Below the pieces are notes generated by a model. It saw only the letters and a list, made by a program, of their open reading frames with translations, ran no database searches and was not told the origin of the DNA. The position numbers and the translations under genes were made by a program. A DNA stretch of 63,985 bases, counting the filler, from Octopus bimaculoides (Eukaryota), in assembly GCF_001194135.2 (NCBI RefSeq). It is 7 parts of 5 records of this genome, joined end to end, with 100 filler letters (N's around TTAATTAATTAA, not from the genome) between each part and the next. Parts side by side here need not be neighbours in the genome. Positions count along the whole stretch, not along the records: positions 1 to 26,058 come from NC_068986.1; 6 more parts are not named here. The stretch is one strand, 5' to 3'. Below, one piece after another: positions 11,139 through 25,308 of the stretch (position 1 is the first letter of the stretch; each line of letters begins with the position of its first letter).

Positions 11139-14100
11139 ATAGCTAGCTAGCTATCCATTCATCCATCCATACACACACACACACACATACATACATATGC
11201 ATTGCCTTCGAAGGCTTAGTCGATTATATTGATCTCAGTTCTTTGTTTGGTACTTATTCTATCGATCTGGTAAGGGACAAATGATTAAGTTGAATTCAGA
11301 GCTAAGAGATAAACTCGGACGGAAGTTAATAACATATGTGTTTTTCTTTTTTCTTTTGTTCTATGCATCGATTTTACTGAATACAGACACAAATTACCTA
11401 CACACCATAATATATCCAAATACTGACTTATATGACAAAAACATTCACCAGATATCTGCGTTTTGATTGTGCATCCATTAATTTGGGTACACTTCGTTCA
11501 AAAAGTAAAATTATGTATAAATGTTATATGAGCGATGGAAGCAGTATTATTTCAAAATAGCTTTCTGAGAATCTTACTTAATGTGGTTATTCTGTAGAAA
11601 GTCACAAATCTGCGTTACTTGTCTCCGAAAAGTATTTCGTTTAGACGTATAGTGTTAAAAAGTACAGAAGTATATCAGCAACAGATAAAAAGGCGTCCAG
11701 CAGTGGTGGTGGAATTACTAAATCTAGATTTCTGCTTCTTTGGACTTCATCAGTAGCTAATATCCACTATTAATTGAAAGCTTAGACAAATTTAGCCTCT
11801 ACTGATATAGAAAAAAATTATTAACAAATCACTGGTGTCGCAAGTAGCTGGCAGAACAAGTAAAAATTCGTTTTTAGCGACGGAAGCAATATTAGTTCAA
11901 AATAGCATTCTGTGTGCCTTACTTAACATGGATAGACAGAATGCTGTTATAAACGTATGTATCTTTCGTTTATATATATTTAGTTTTTCCACGACTATAA
12001 ATTAAATTTAGTGATATTGTACATTGCTTTGGAATTAGGGTATACACATGACAATTAAGAAACGTTTCTTTTTATAAGGAAGTACATATGTTCATTGTAT
12101 GAGTAAAGTATTTAGATGCATACGTTTATTAATTGAGTGTATGTGCTGAAATATATGTAATCATTTAATCATTTAATTATTTAATTATTTATATTTACTC
12201 ACCTCAAAAACAATTAGTCAGATTATTACTTTTTCGTTGGAAATATCAGTTTTGTTTTGTTGTTTTTAAACAAATAAAAAAAATGAAGAGAATATATGTA
12301 TATGTATGTATGAATGTATATGTATGCATGTATGTATGTATTTATGCATGTATAGATAGATAGATAGATAGATGTGTGTTTGTGCATGTGTGTAACTTTT
12401 TTTTACCAAGTTTAGTCTAAAATTCTCGGAAGACGGTAATTTGAAGAGAACCATTTACAGTTGATTGTTCAAGAATTATTTTGCAGTGAGTAGATAGTTA
12501 AAACATTTGAAGCAGAGCAAAAAGCATGGTGTTAGTAGTAAGCAGTATACAACAGTAATTAACAGCAACAACAGGAGCAGCAACAGCAGTCAGAACAGCA
12601 GCGGTGGCAGTTTGGAGAATTAGGCGGAGAACAGAAGTGATTGTCAACAGCAGAAAAGCAGAGGGATTAGAAGACATTTATCTCCCGCTGAAGAGCCGAG
12701 ACTCAACTAAAGCACGGAAGCGTATATGTTCGTCCTGCATCATCCTTAACTGATCCAATCTCTGGAAAACAAGAAGAAAAAAAAGAAGACGGAGCAGCAC
12801 ATCGAAACAAAGATAAGCACATACACTGTTATGACCAATGAGTCCTAGTAATGAGTTGTGGTTGTGGTGGTGGTAATGATAGTGATAGAAATGGTGTTTG
12901 GTGCATGCCTTGCAAGTGCCGGCGTTTGAAGTAGTGTTGGTGTAGCTGGTGGGGGCGTAAAAAGATAAATGAAGACTTCCTTCGTTCAAGAAGGGCCATG
13001 GGATTGCACCTATAAAGTTCCCCCTGAAGAACAAGTCTGGCCAAGGTTGTTCATGGAAGACCAGCAGTCGCCTATGCATACCAGCCTCGCCTCTCCACGC
13101 CACTGACGTTATCCAAGGGTAAGGCAAAAGCCGATACAGCTTGGCACCAATGACATCGCAACCCATTTCTACGGCTGAGCAAACTGGAACAACGTGAAAT
13201 AAAGGGTCTTGTTCAAGAACACAATACAACACAACACAACACAACACACAGCCCAGTCCAGGAATCGAACTGACAATCTCACAATTGTAAGCCCAACGCT
13301 CTAACCACTGGGCCATTTGCCTTTGGTGGTGATGTACACCGTTTAAATGATTGACATAGTATACTAGATACAAAAAGAAAGATTGAGTAGTATTCTAGTG
13401 AAAAAAAACCCACACTTGTACTTGTACTTCTTACAATTGTATACTACCAGCAATAAAAAAGAAAAACCCTCTCAGAATCTCTTTAAAACCCTCTCAGCCT
13501 CACTATTACATGAATACACAGACACCATAAAAAAAAAAGAATCAACTCTGCCAGTCGTCGATCACTTCAACGCAAAGAGGCAACCATTATTGACAGCGTT
13601 CATTCCACCATCTTGAAAAAGTGATCATCTCTATTAATTTTGGGTGAGTAAAATTGGTGTTGTGATGTATAGACCTTTTCTCAGACCATTACAAGTCCTT
13701 GCGTTAAAAATGTTTTGATCACTGAGCTCATAGATATAAATTCAAATCTTGCTAATTATTAGATCCACAACAAGATACATTGGAATCCTTAGTAAGACAA
13801 ATTATATTGCTTTGACCCATGTTCCATGTCCCATTGGCCTGGAAGAAAAAATAAAGATGCCATTTCTACTTAAATAGTGATATGTTAGCAATAGAATGGG
13901 CATGCAGTAGCAGAATTCTTTGCTTTAACACTATGAAACTACAAATTTACAATATATATGGCTGTGTGGTAAGAAGCTTGCTTCCCCCACCACATGGTTC
14001 CAGGTTCAATCCTACTGCATGGCACCATGACCAATTGTCTTCTACTATAGCCTCGTGCTGACCAAAGCTTCATGAGTGGATTTGGTAGACAGAAACTGAA

Positions 14101-16169
14101 AGAAATCCATCATATATATGACGGACTTCTTACACACACACATGTATGTATATATTCGGTCCTTGCTATCATTAAACTGCTTCTTTTTTTTATATTCACT
14201 AAAGTGAAACGTCCAGACTAAACGTTAGCTATATTGCAATGGGTTTGTATCAATGTGCAGGTCACAGATGTGGGACGAAAATGTTTTGACACTGCAAGAA
14301 ATAAATGAAAAGTGAAGCTAACAGTTTTTATGCATTTCAGATGTCTAGAAATGGTTATTCCTCGATGTAATAGCCACAATTGCAACACCATCTCAGATAA
14401 AGTCATATGCTAGTCAAGAACAACTCCGAAATTAACTACACTAACTTCACTAAACTATTCTCAGCCTCAATGTTGGAGAACTTTTATATTCTAAGTGGTG
14501 GTACTTACAGTTACTTTATTTTTTTTTTTGGTACTTTGTTGGGCCTTCGATATTGGTAGGAGGAGATGGAGACAGAAACCACAACTAATGGGTTATCTTC
14601 AAGCCTATTATCAGGTTTGAATACTTACACTCAGGCTGAGGTACCCAAGGATCAGAAGGTTGTTTTAAACCAGGATGCAGATTGTGTCTTCTATCTAAGA
14701 ACGAGTACCATCCTCCTCATAGACTCCTATACAATTTCCATCTTAACAATATCACTAACAAAACATAGATGACTTGAGGTTATAGTAAAAAGAGATTTGA
14801 CCAAGATGCCGAACAATGGAATCGAACCCGGAGCCAAGTGATTGCAAAGCAAACTTCTTAAGCGCCCGACCATGTCATGCCTACAAACTTACACCCACTA
14901 GTTTATATACCAAAGCGATGAAAATAATGTAGGTGGCGTATAGATGGGGGTAATTCTAATTTATAATCTTTCTAAAAATATGTTATGTAAACATGATTCT
15001 TTGAGTGCAGAATCCAGAAAGAGTAACGAACAATAAATAAGCAAATAAGCAAAAGTTGTAAGGGGTTAAAAAGGTAAAATAGGGGGAAAAAATAGTCGTC
15101 ATTCATAGAAAACGCAAAGCATCAGCAATAATTCAGTAATATTATTTAATGAGCGGTGATCCAGAATGGCCAGTTACATTACCGAAACCAATACCAGAAG
15201 AATACATGAAAAATATCTTTAAAGAGACACATTGAACAATACTGATATTAAAAAAAAATAGGCCGAACAGTTTTTATATTGATCAAATAAAAGCACGCTT
15301 ATAAAATACCGAATGTCCATAAATTATCTTTACAACTTCCACAATTTATTGTATCTGTTTATTGCATGCAACAAATGGAGCCCACGAAGAAGTGTTCAGA
15401 TGTTTCTAATAAAACTTCATTTGTTTGCCTACGTTTTCCAATAAACACTGCTGAGTTTTCCTTCTTTTTCATTTTTTTCTCAATTTTTCAAGTTTTAAAG
15501 ATAATTTATGGACACCCTGTATATATAAAATGAATATATATATATATGTATGCATACATATATAAACACCTATATGTATACACATATATACATATATGTA
15601 TTTTTATGTATGTATATATGTATACACATATATACATATATGTATTTTTATGTATGTATATGTATATATATATAAACCCACACACATAGATATATAATGA
15701 AGATGAAGATAGGTGTTAAATATACCAAGTAATATTAAAATGTGTATATAAGTTAATAATAGTTTTACCTGGGAGAACAGACCTATTACTCTACAAGTTA
15801 TAAGCAACATCTGGCATAAGATAAGAATGACGACTTATATTTTTTTGTTTTGCTTTTTTTTTTTACTGGCCGAACGTCAACCCCATTAGTATCACTTTTT
15901 CTATATTCCGATTACTCACAATTTAAAAACAGTTTTGTGCAAAGAATCTGACTTTTAAAAGAAGATCTGATTTAGAACTGATTTCAAATTGAAACTTTAA
16001 ATCATCTAAAAACAATTGTTACGTTATCTGTTTGTTATTGATCTTATTGGAACAGAGTGCATTTATATAATTAAGTGATAGATCCGTTCCCTCTTGATTA
16101 GTTGAAAAAATGCCAAAAAGAAAAAAAAAACTAAGCAAACACACACACACACACACACANNNNNNNNNN

Positions 16170-16221
<52 letters not shown>

Positions 16222-16640
16222 CTAGGAAAACAAGCAAATTCAAGCCAGGAACGAAGGTTAAAATAATAATTTGACTGACTAGTTTTTGTTCTGACTGTAT
16301 CTTCATTCCCAAAACTGTTTTCACCGTCTGTACTGATTCTGCAAGACGCTTGATACTGTTTTGGCACTAAAACAGAAATTAAAACAACAGAAACACTGTT
16401 GAGAAAAGTTCAAGAATAATACAAAAGTTCCAGTCTGGAAATGGTAACTGGACAGTTATTTTTTGCAACATGGAATGAGAATTCGATTGACTATGTCCTA
16501 GATGCAATGGATGCATGTAGGGATGGCTGTGTAGTGAAGAAGTTAGCACCACAATGACGTGGTTTTTAGGTTCAATCCCGTTGTGTGGAATATTGGGAAA
16601 GTGTCATCTATTATTATCTGTAATTAACAAAAGATATATG

Positions 16641-16704
<64 letters not shown>

Positions 16705-17524
16705 ATGCAAAACGAGAGAAAGCACAAGGTGGAAACTATCAGACGATGAATTCATAAGTATAAATATATAGATATTTATATCAATAGATCCATCTTAAAC
16801 AGAGTATGAACGACAGAGAAAATTAAAGGGGTGGAAGAAAGGTATTATAAGTATAACAGCTGTTCCTTGGGGTTCGGCGATCCATAATAATGTTGGTAGA
16901 TTTAGTCCATCACAAAATGCGGCTGAATGGATGCATTTAGCATAGGATGAGATGAGCCTCCGTCATCAGGGTAGAGGAGATCTTACATTTCAGATCTTAA
17001 TGCAGAGATGTTCAAAGATGGAATGATTAAATGTGTAGAGCTAGGTGTTTTAAAGAGGGGAGGGGTACTAGGACAGGGATTGGTGAGAGGAGGAAAGATA
17101 GTTCAAGATAGTTCAAGATAGTTCTTCTTTCTGATACTTACATTTTCTATGTCCTTTTCTGTAGCATATGGTACAATAGGTTGTTGAGCAGACCGTGTTG
17201 GCATAGAGGCGAGTTGCTGCTGAATTTTCTCTATATTTTCAAGTCTAAAATCAAAGAAAAATATCACATCATAAAGCAACTACAGTGACCAGATGACTGA
17301 CTAATATATCTTTCATATTTTACTTGTTTCAGTCATTAGAATGTGGCCATAGTGGGGCACCCCCTTGAATAATTTTTAGTCCACTGAATCAACTCTGGTA
17401 CTTATCTTCTGTTAAGCCTGGTACTTATTGTATCAGTCTCTATTGCTGAAGCGCTAAGTTACAGGGATGTGAACACACCAATACTGGTTGTCAAGCGGTG
17501 GTGGGGGACAAACATAGGCATAAA

Positions 17525-17589
<65 letters not shown>

Positions 17590-20500
17590 CAAGCTTCTTT
17601 CAGTTTCCATCTACCAAATAATGCAAATAATTAAATTAAGTCCGACATATGATACTGGAAAGTATGAAGAATTTAATCTGGCACTGTGCCATTTTTCTCA
17701 TCGCATTATCTTTATTTTGTGCAATATATCTACAAATTTCATTCATCATTGAAATTGTCTAAAGTAGATAGAGACAAGGAAAAATGGCAATGTAGAATTG
17801 AGAAAAGTACTGGTTTACCTTATCTGAGCCTCTGTACTCACTCGGCTTTCTATCTCAGCTTTAAGAAGTTTTAATCGTTCGTCAAGGGAATAGATCTGTA
17901 TAAATTAAGAGAGGACGCATATTGAAGATCTACACATAAATACATATACATAACTGGTACTCCGTCGGTTACGAGGACAAGTGTTTCTGTTGATTTGATC
18001 AACGGAACAGCCTTCTCGTGAAATTAATGGCTAAGCGGCTCAACATTCTACAAACATGCATACCTCTAACGTAGTACTCAGGGAGATTTGGTGTGACACA
18101 GTCTGTGACAAGACCGGCACTTTGAATTGCAGGTACAATTCATTTTTGCCAGCTGAGTGCACAGGAGCAATGTGAAATAAAGTGTCTTGCTCAAGGACAC
18201 AATGCGTCACCGGGAAATGAACTCACAACCTTACGATCATGAGCCGAATACCTTAACCACAAAACCATGTACCTTCACATACATACATACATACATACAT
18301 ACATACATACATACATACATACAAACATACATACATATTGGGTTGGCAACTAAGTTCCTCCGTTTTTTTTAATTTTGGAATTTATTACGTTTTTAAATTT
18401 TGGAATCTATTTTTTTCAAGAATTTTGTTTTTGAATCATTTNNNNNNNNNNNNNNNNNNNNNNNNNNNNNNNNNNNNNNNNNNNNNNNNNNNNNNNNNNN
18501 NNNNNNNNNNNNNNNNNNNNNNNNNNNNNNNNNNNNNNNNNNNNNNNNNNNNNNNNNNNNNNNNNNNNNNNNNNNNNNNNNNNNNNNNNNNNNNNNNNNN
18601 NNNNNNNNNNNNNNNNNNNNNNNNNNNNNNNNNNNNNNNNNNNNNNNNNNNNNNNNNNNNNNNNNNNNNNNNNNNNNNNNNNNNNNNNNNNNNNNNNNNN
18701 NNNNNNNNNNNNNNNNNNNNNNNNNNNNNNNNNNNNNNNNNNNNNNNNNNNNNNNNNNNNNNNNNNNNNNNNNNNNNNNCACACACACCACCGCCACCAC
18801 CGCCGACAACACCACCACTATCATCATCATTCTCATCCTCACTTTAGCGTCTCCATTCCTGTGCTTGCACGAATCAGACGGAACTGGTCAAGGCAAGTTT
18901 TCTACAGCAAGATGCTTTTCTTGTTGCCAAACTCCCTGTTTTTTACACATACATACATACATACATACATACATACATACATACAAACATACATACATGC
19001 ATACATACACACACACATGCATCCGAAACTACTCTCTTGATACTGTCTAAATTTCACAGGAACTGGTAAAATAAAACCAAGGAGACAAACGTATGTGTCA
19101 GGGAATATGTATTACTCACTTCATTCGGGAAATTTTCTATTTGCCTTTTGTAACCTCTTAGTTCTTTCGTGTAATCTTCCTGAGTTTGGCTGATTTGAGA
19201 AATTTGGTGTTCGTTAATTTCAACTTTCTGCTTCAAGTCCTGCTAAGATAGAATAAGAACGATATGGCTGTTGGAAACCACTGTAGAGAAGTGTTCTGCA
19301 TGCTTATTTTTTATCTTTGACTTGTTTCAGTTATTTGATTGCACCCATGCTGGAGCATCACCTTGAAGGGCTTCTGTTGAACAACTCGACCTCAGTATTT
19401 AAGCATGCTATTTATTTATTTTATGGGTCTCATCCTGCTAAGTTACGGGGATACACTAACACCAGTTGTTAAGCATTGGTGGGGGAACAAAGATACAAAG
19501 ACAGCTCTGCAGTTTACTTTTAAATCAGAAGACTAACTCACCATCGACCTGATGAGCTATAACTTAATATTATTATCTATAAATTAATTGACAAAGTAAT
19601 TAACAAAATTGTATTGATGGGAAATGAAGTCAAATAATAGTTTCCTACAAAGGCACAAGACCAGAAACATAGCAAGGAGGGAGCAGAGGATTAAATCGAC
19701 CACAATTCTTGGCTGGTATTTTATTCTATGAATGCCGGAAGGTTGAAAGGGAAAGTTGATGTCGTTAGTGTTTGAACTCAGAATGTGAAGGGTAGTAAAA
19801 CTAAAACACCATAAGGCATTTTGTTCGACACTCTAACGATTCTGTTAATCCATGCCCTCAAAATAAAAAAAGAAACAATGAAGAATTACCTCAGGATTTG
19901 GAATGTTTTTCAGAACCTGAAAGTAACAAAAACAATCATGTAAAAATGGTTTTTAATTAAGGCACAAGGCTTGTAGTTTTGAGGGGAGGGGTGTGGTCAG
20001 TCGATAACCATCGAAGCCAATACTTGACCTGGTAGTTTATTTCCTTGTCTCTGGAAGACTGACAGACAAAGTTGATCTGATCTCACCAGGATTTGAACTC
20101 AGAATGTAAAGAGCCGGAGTAAATACTGCAAAGCATTTTGTCCGACTAACGTCTCTGCAGATATTGGTCCATACATACACTCATTCATACATACACACAT
20201 TCATACATACAAACGCAAACACACAATAAAATGATGAAACAAGCAGTTTACAGGAAGGTGTGGAAATGGACGCATCCAAAGCTTGTTAAATGTAATGAGG
20301 GGTTAGGACATTATGCAATGAAGATATAAAAAGTTGATACAGTTTAAAGAAAATGCATATAAAATATATTGTTATATAAATCTAAAAAATACACATCAAA
20401 AATATTAATATATATATAGAAACACAATAATTAAAACAAGATATATTTTGAAAGATTACAGGTAAGTTCACCATCATCAAATCACCACAGGGGAGTTCAC

Positions 20501-22840
20501 TGCCATCAATTCACTGTGAAGAAAGTACACTGTGAGGAAAGTTCATCGCAAGGAAAGTTTACAGAGAAAATATAGTCATAGTATCTCACCATTAATAGTT
20601 AAAAACTATTTTATTGAAGAAAAAAAACAATAATAAACGGTGAATTGATGACAAAGAACTTACCTTGTGGTGAATTGATAACAGCAAACTTTCCCTGCAG
20701 TGAATTGATAATGGTGAACTTGCCGGACATAAATTTGAAAACACAAACCGCATACAGGTGAAAATACAATAGTTAAGTGGGGTCAGAATAACTCGTGACA
20801 TTGGCTGCCAACGACAGCTTAAAACTGATATAGCCCAAAGGTACCCTTAAGCATCTTTGGTGTCGGACTCGGCAAGAAATTTCCCTCCTCTTCCCTCCAG
20901 TTCTTCATTATCTTCCCTTTCCGTTGAATGTTACAGAAAATTGGAGATCATCTCCTCAATCAACACTTTGATATTCCCTTCCTTTTCCTTTAATTTGTTT
21001 TGTGGCTCTTTCAGTTCTTTGCTGTTTTATGCAAAGAGCTGTGAAAATTCATAGTCACATCTTTTTGTTTGCATTCTCTTGAAGGGTTTTCATTTTTTGG
21101 GGAACATTCTTCCATATAAGTCTCACGATATATTTTAATGATATAATCATTAATATTCGAAGATATAACTTACATTTGCTATTTGTTCTTCAATCGATTC
21201 TTCGACATTCTGTATCCTTTCCTTCTCTAAATTTAATCGAGCATCAAGATCGGCCAGAGCTCGGGTGGTAGCATCTGTTTTTTCCTGGATGATATCGAGC
21301 ACTTCTTTCTGGATCTGTGAAGCACATATATAAGAAAAGTAATTCAGGCGTTTGACTAATCAAAAGCAGAACAAACCACAATACTTTTTGCTTGGAATCC
21401 CCTTAATGTACTCAAATGGAAAGTTAGTCTTAATGTATCATGATTTTCTTTCTGATAGCAAATAACATATCGTAACTTCATAATTATAAAAACCAGATTC
21501 ACATACACATACACCAAAATGTAGGTTTCAATTTATACTCGCTGTGTAAGACTACCAGGTAATATTTCACAGCAGTTGGCTACAAATGTTGGTTTTGATT
21601 CAGCAAATGGGAATTTTTTCAGCATATTTTAAAGTCATATAAGGGTTATCAATCAACGTTATAAAGATTTCTATAAGGCAATAAAGACGATACTGCAACA
21701 GTCACAGTGGTGTAAGAGTCTGGCTGAGAGCTTACAGCTCCAACATCTCAATGACTAGAGGAATTATGCTGTAAATATCTTTCCATGTTGTTGGTAGGAT
21801 CATAGGAGCAAGGCAAGTGTTTTACCTTGTTTTCTATCGTGAGTGAAGTTGATCTAAACCAGTGCTCCGTAACCTTTTTTCGCTTGCGGTACGCTTATAT
21901 TCTTTTCAGAATTCGGTGACACATCTGAGCTAAAAATATAACTAAAAGTATAGGGGAAAAAATTATGTTCAGGTTACACCTCGTGGCATTCTACCCAAAG
22001 TTCTAAAAATTCCACTAATCCACCAACTTGGACTAGTATTTCAATTTTATCGATCCTGAAAGGATGAGAAACATAGCTGACCTCAGTCGGATTTGAACAT
22101 AGTTCGTAGAGAGTCAGAACAAATACCATGAGACATTTTAACCAACACTCTTATGATTCTGTCAATTGGTTGCCTTCATACGAAATGCTGGCATGTGCAG
22201 TGTATACATAAAAGTGTAATAAGACCACAGGAGCAAGTGACTAATTTTGATTCCGGACACAAGCTGACGAGCTGCAATGAATAATGTATGAAGTAAAAAC
22301 ACTTATGGCCGAGATAACAGTATTGATCTGTCTCTTGAAAAATCACTGAAAGGTAACAGAAAAGGATAAGTGTTTCCCCTATGATAAAAAAAGGATAATT
22401 CTAACGTTTTGGACTGAGCTCTTCATCAGAGAAATACATAAGAATTGTATTGAAAATAGAGTGAAAGAGAGAGGGAGAGAGAGAGAGGGAGAGAGAGAGA
22501 GAGAGTGTGTGTGTGTGTGTGATGTGGGTTGCTGAGAATGCACCTCAGTAAAGAAGAACATGATTCACTTACTTTGTTCATATAATCTTCCAATCGACCT
22601 TTGACCTCTCCAAGGTTTTGCTGAATATGTATAGTGGCAATTTGAATTTTTTCTTGTACTTCATAAAATTTGTCAGTGGTAGCTTTCTCGTGTGTCTTTC
22701 TACAAAAAAAAACAAGAAAAATTTATAGATACATAAAAATTAAAGAGACATACGAAGCAAAGAAACGAAAAAAAAAAGAATGACAATGGAAAACAAATAA
22801 AGGAAGAATTCAGGAAAAATGCATACATGCTATGATTAAC

Positions 22841-22897
<57 letters not shown>

Positions 22898-25140
22898 CGA
22901 AAATATACACATGCGTACACATACATAAAGGAATATCAGCCACGCATTTTAGGGGTTTCTAGGGCTACTTTATGTTGTTTCCTTTTCTGTAAGAAGATGA
23001 TTCATGATCAATGCTTCAATTCACATACCTCGAAATAAGTAACCATTTAAGAATCCTCTATGTGGTCATTCAACATGCTGCAATTAATGGTTAAGTATCT
23101 CTCAGATCAAAATATACTATTTCTTTTAGCAATAAAATAAAATAAAATAAAATAAAATAAGATAAAATAAAATAAACCATGGCGGTGTTGTTAAGAAGCT
23201 TGCTTTATGAGCATGTGGTTTCATGTTCAGTCACACTGCGCAACACCTTGGGCAAGTATCTTCTACAATAGCCCTGGGCCAACCACTGCTTTACAAGTCA
23301 ATTAAGTAGATGGAGACTGTGTGAAATCCCATCGTTTGTGTATGTACGCATGTGTGTGTGTCTTTATGTTTCTCTTCCCTCTCGTTTGACAACTGTTGTT
23401 GGTTTGTTTACGTCCCCTGTAACTTAGCAGTTTAAGCAAAGAGATCAATGAGATGATTATCAGGCTTAAAAAATACTGGGAGCAATTTATTCGAGTAAAT
23501 ACTTCATGGCAGTGCCCCAGTATGGCCACAGTCCAATGACAGGAACGAGAAAAAGAAGGTAAAAGAAGGTAAAAAGTAGTTGTATAGTCACTGTTTGGCT
23601 AATATTTTTAGCCCATCGAAGGCGGTAAGATGGCAGAATTACCATGCTGGACAGAATGCTTGGGGGGTATTTTGCCTATCACCACGTTCTGAGTTCAAAT
23701 TCTTCAGAGGTTGATTTTTGCCTTTCATCCTTTTTTTTTGGGGGGGNNNNNNNNNNATAAATTAAGTACCAGTTGCATACTGGAGTTGATCTGATCGACT
23801 AGCTCCTCTCCCCTGAAGTTTCAGGCCTTGTGCTTATAATAGAAAGGAATATTTCTAACCCTAGCACATCGTGTAACCACTTAGAGGTGCTCTCCCTAGA
23901 ATGAGCAACAACCTGGAAGGCACAGCCATAAGAAGCTTTCTGAGACTGAATAATGTATATCTTAATCATAACCTGGAGTGGATCTCCGCTGAAACAATTT
24001 TCTCCAGTCGTTTCTTATTATTATCAAAAGTCTGCTCCAACAACTGAATCCCTTCATTTAGCTTTTGTAGAGTTTCTTTGGTTTTCGATTTATCTGCCTT
24101 TAAAGAGAAATATAAAAACTTTATATAAATTTATAAGGTGGTGCTCCAGCATGGCCGCAGTCAAATGACTGAAACAAGTAAAAGAATAAAAGAATACACA
24201 CACACACACACATATATTATAGTGGGGTAGGCCAGTTTATGGGGTTACCCTGGGTTTCTCACTCATAAGGGATTTAGCCTTATGGCATATCTTCAGGTCC
24301 CAAACACTGCTGGCCTGAAACCTCTTTAAAATATGGAGGAGGAAAAAGCCTTGTTTTTAAGGGCAAAACCCTAGGTGATACTCTCCCTTTGAACTTGTGA
24401 GGGGATTGCTATTTAGTGAGGAATTGTGGATCTGGTCAGTTTCACTCACAGATTAAAAAAAAAAATTTACTAAATAGTTTGAAACTTCGTTTACTGGTGT
24501 AATTTCTCATGTTCATCATGGTTTACTTTCAACATTTTTGACAAAATTTCATATTTTAGAAGTTATTTTGTGTTCAAGTTGTATTTGGGTAATTTTAACC
24601 AATCAATGACGTGTATTCAGTTGAAGAAAGCTGCTGCTGTTTGCGATCGTAATTGAAGTGGAACAACTTCCGGGTCATCTCTACTAAATGTCACCACTCT
24701 GTTCTATTCGTAGGTCGAGCAAAGGGTGAAGGGAAAGTGCTGATCCTTGGTCATAGCTGACACAAAAGAGAAGCTTTCGGCTGCAAGAAAAATGATGCCA
24801 CCTTAATCCTTTCTTCCTTTCTAGTCAGCACCGTGCATTCCTTACTCTTTCATTCTCTACTAGCAGACAGCCACTTCTACACTATCAACCACCAACCAGC
24901 AAGCGAACTTGTCACTGCCACTACAATTACTGGTGTATGTCTGACTACATGTCAGGCAAACGAATAAATATATGTAAATAATTCTTCTTTCTTGGTGTTG
25001 ATTTTCCGATATTTACTAGTTACTCCGACACGTCGAACCCCCCCAAAAAAAGTGTGTAATATGCAACAAAAATAAAATAGAACAGAGTGGTGACATTTAG
25101 TAGTGTGTGTTTGTGTTTGTGTGTGTGTTTATACATACAT

Positions 25141-25179
<39 letters not shown>

Positions 25180-25265
25180 TATAGATATGAGTATATACAA
25201 CACCTACCCATTCATATATAGGCATATACGCACATATATATGTATACGTATATCTACATATATAA

Positions 25266-25308
<43 letters not shown>

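Noticed and set aside
12688-12725. CTGAAGAGCC...GGAAGCGTA hammerhead-like string
   Set aside because: No GAAA and no convincing stem I or II
12678-13373. 231-aa minus-strand ORF
   Set aside because: Spans a SINE and low-complexity tracts, has no recognisable domain, and lies inside an intron
21814-21856. Possible 27-nt exon INFTHDRNK with AG|GTAAAA donor
   Set aside because: No polypyrimidine tract, and the flanking exons already join in frame
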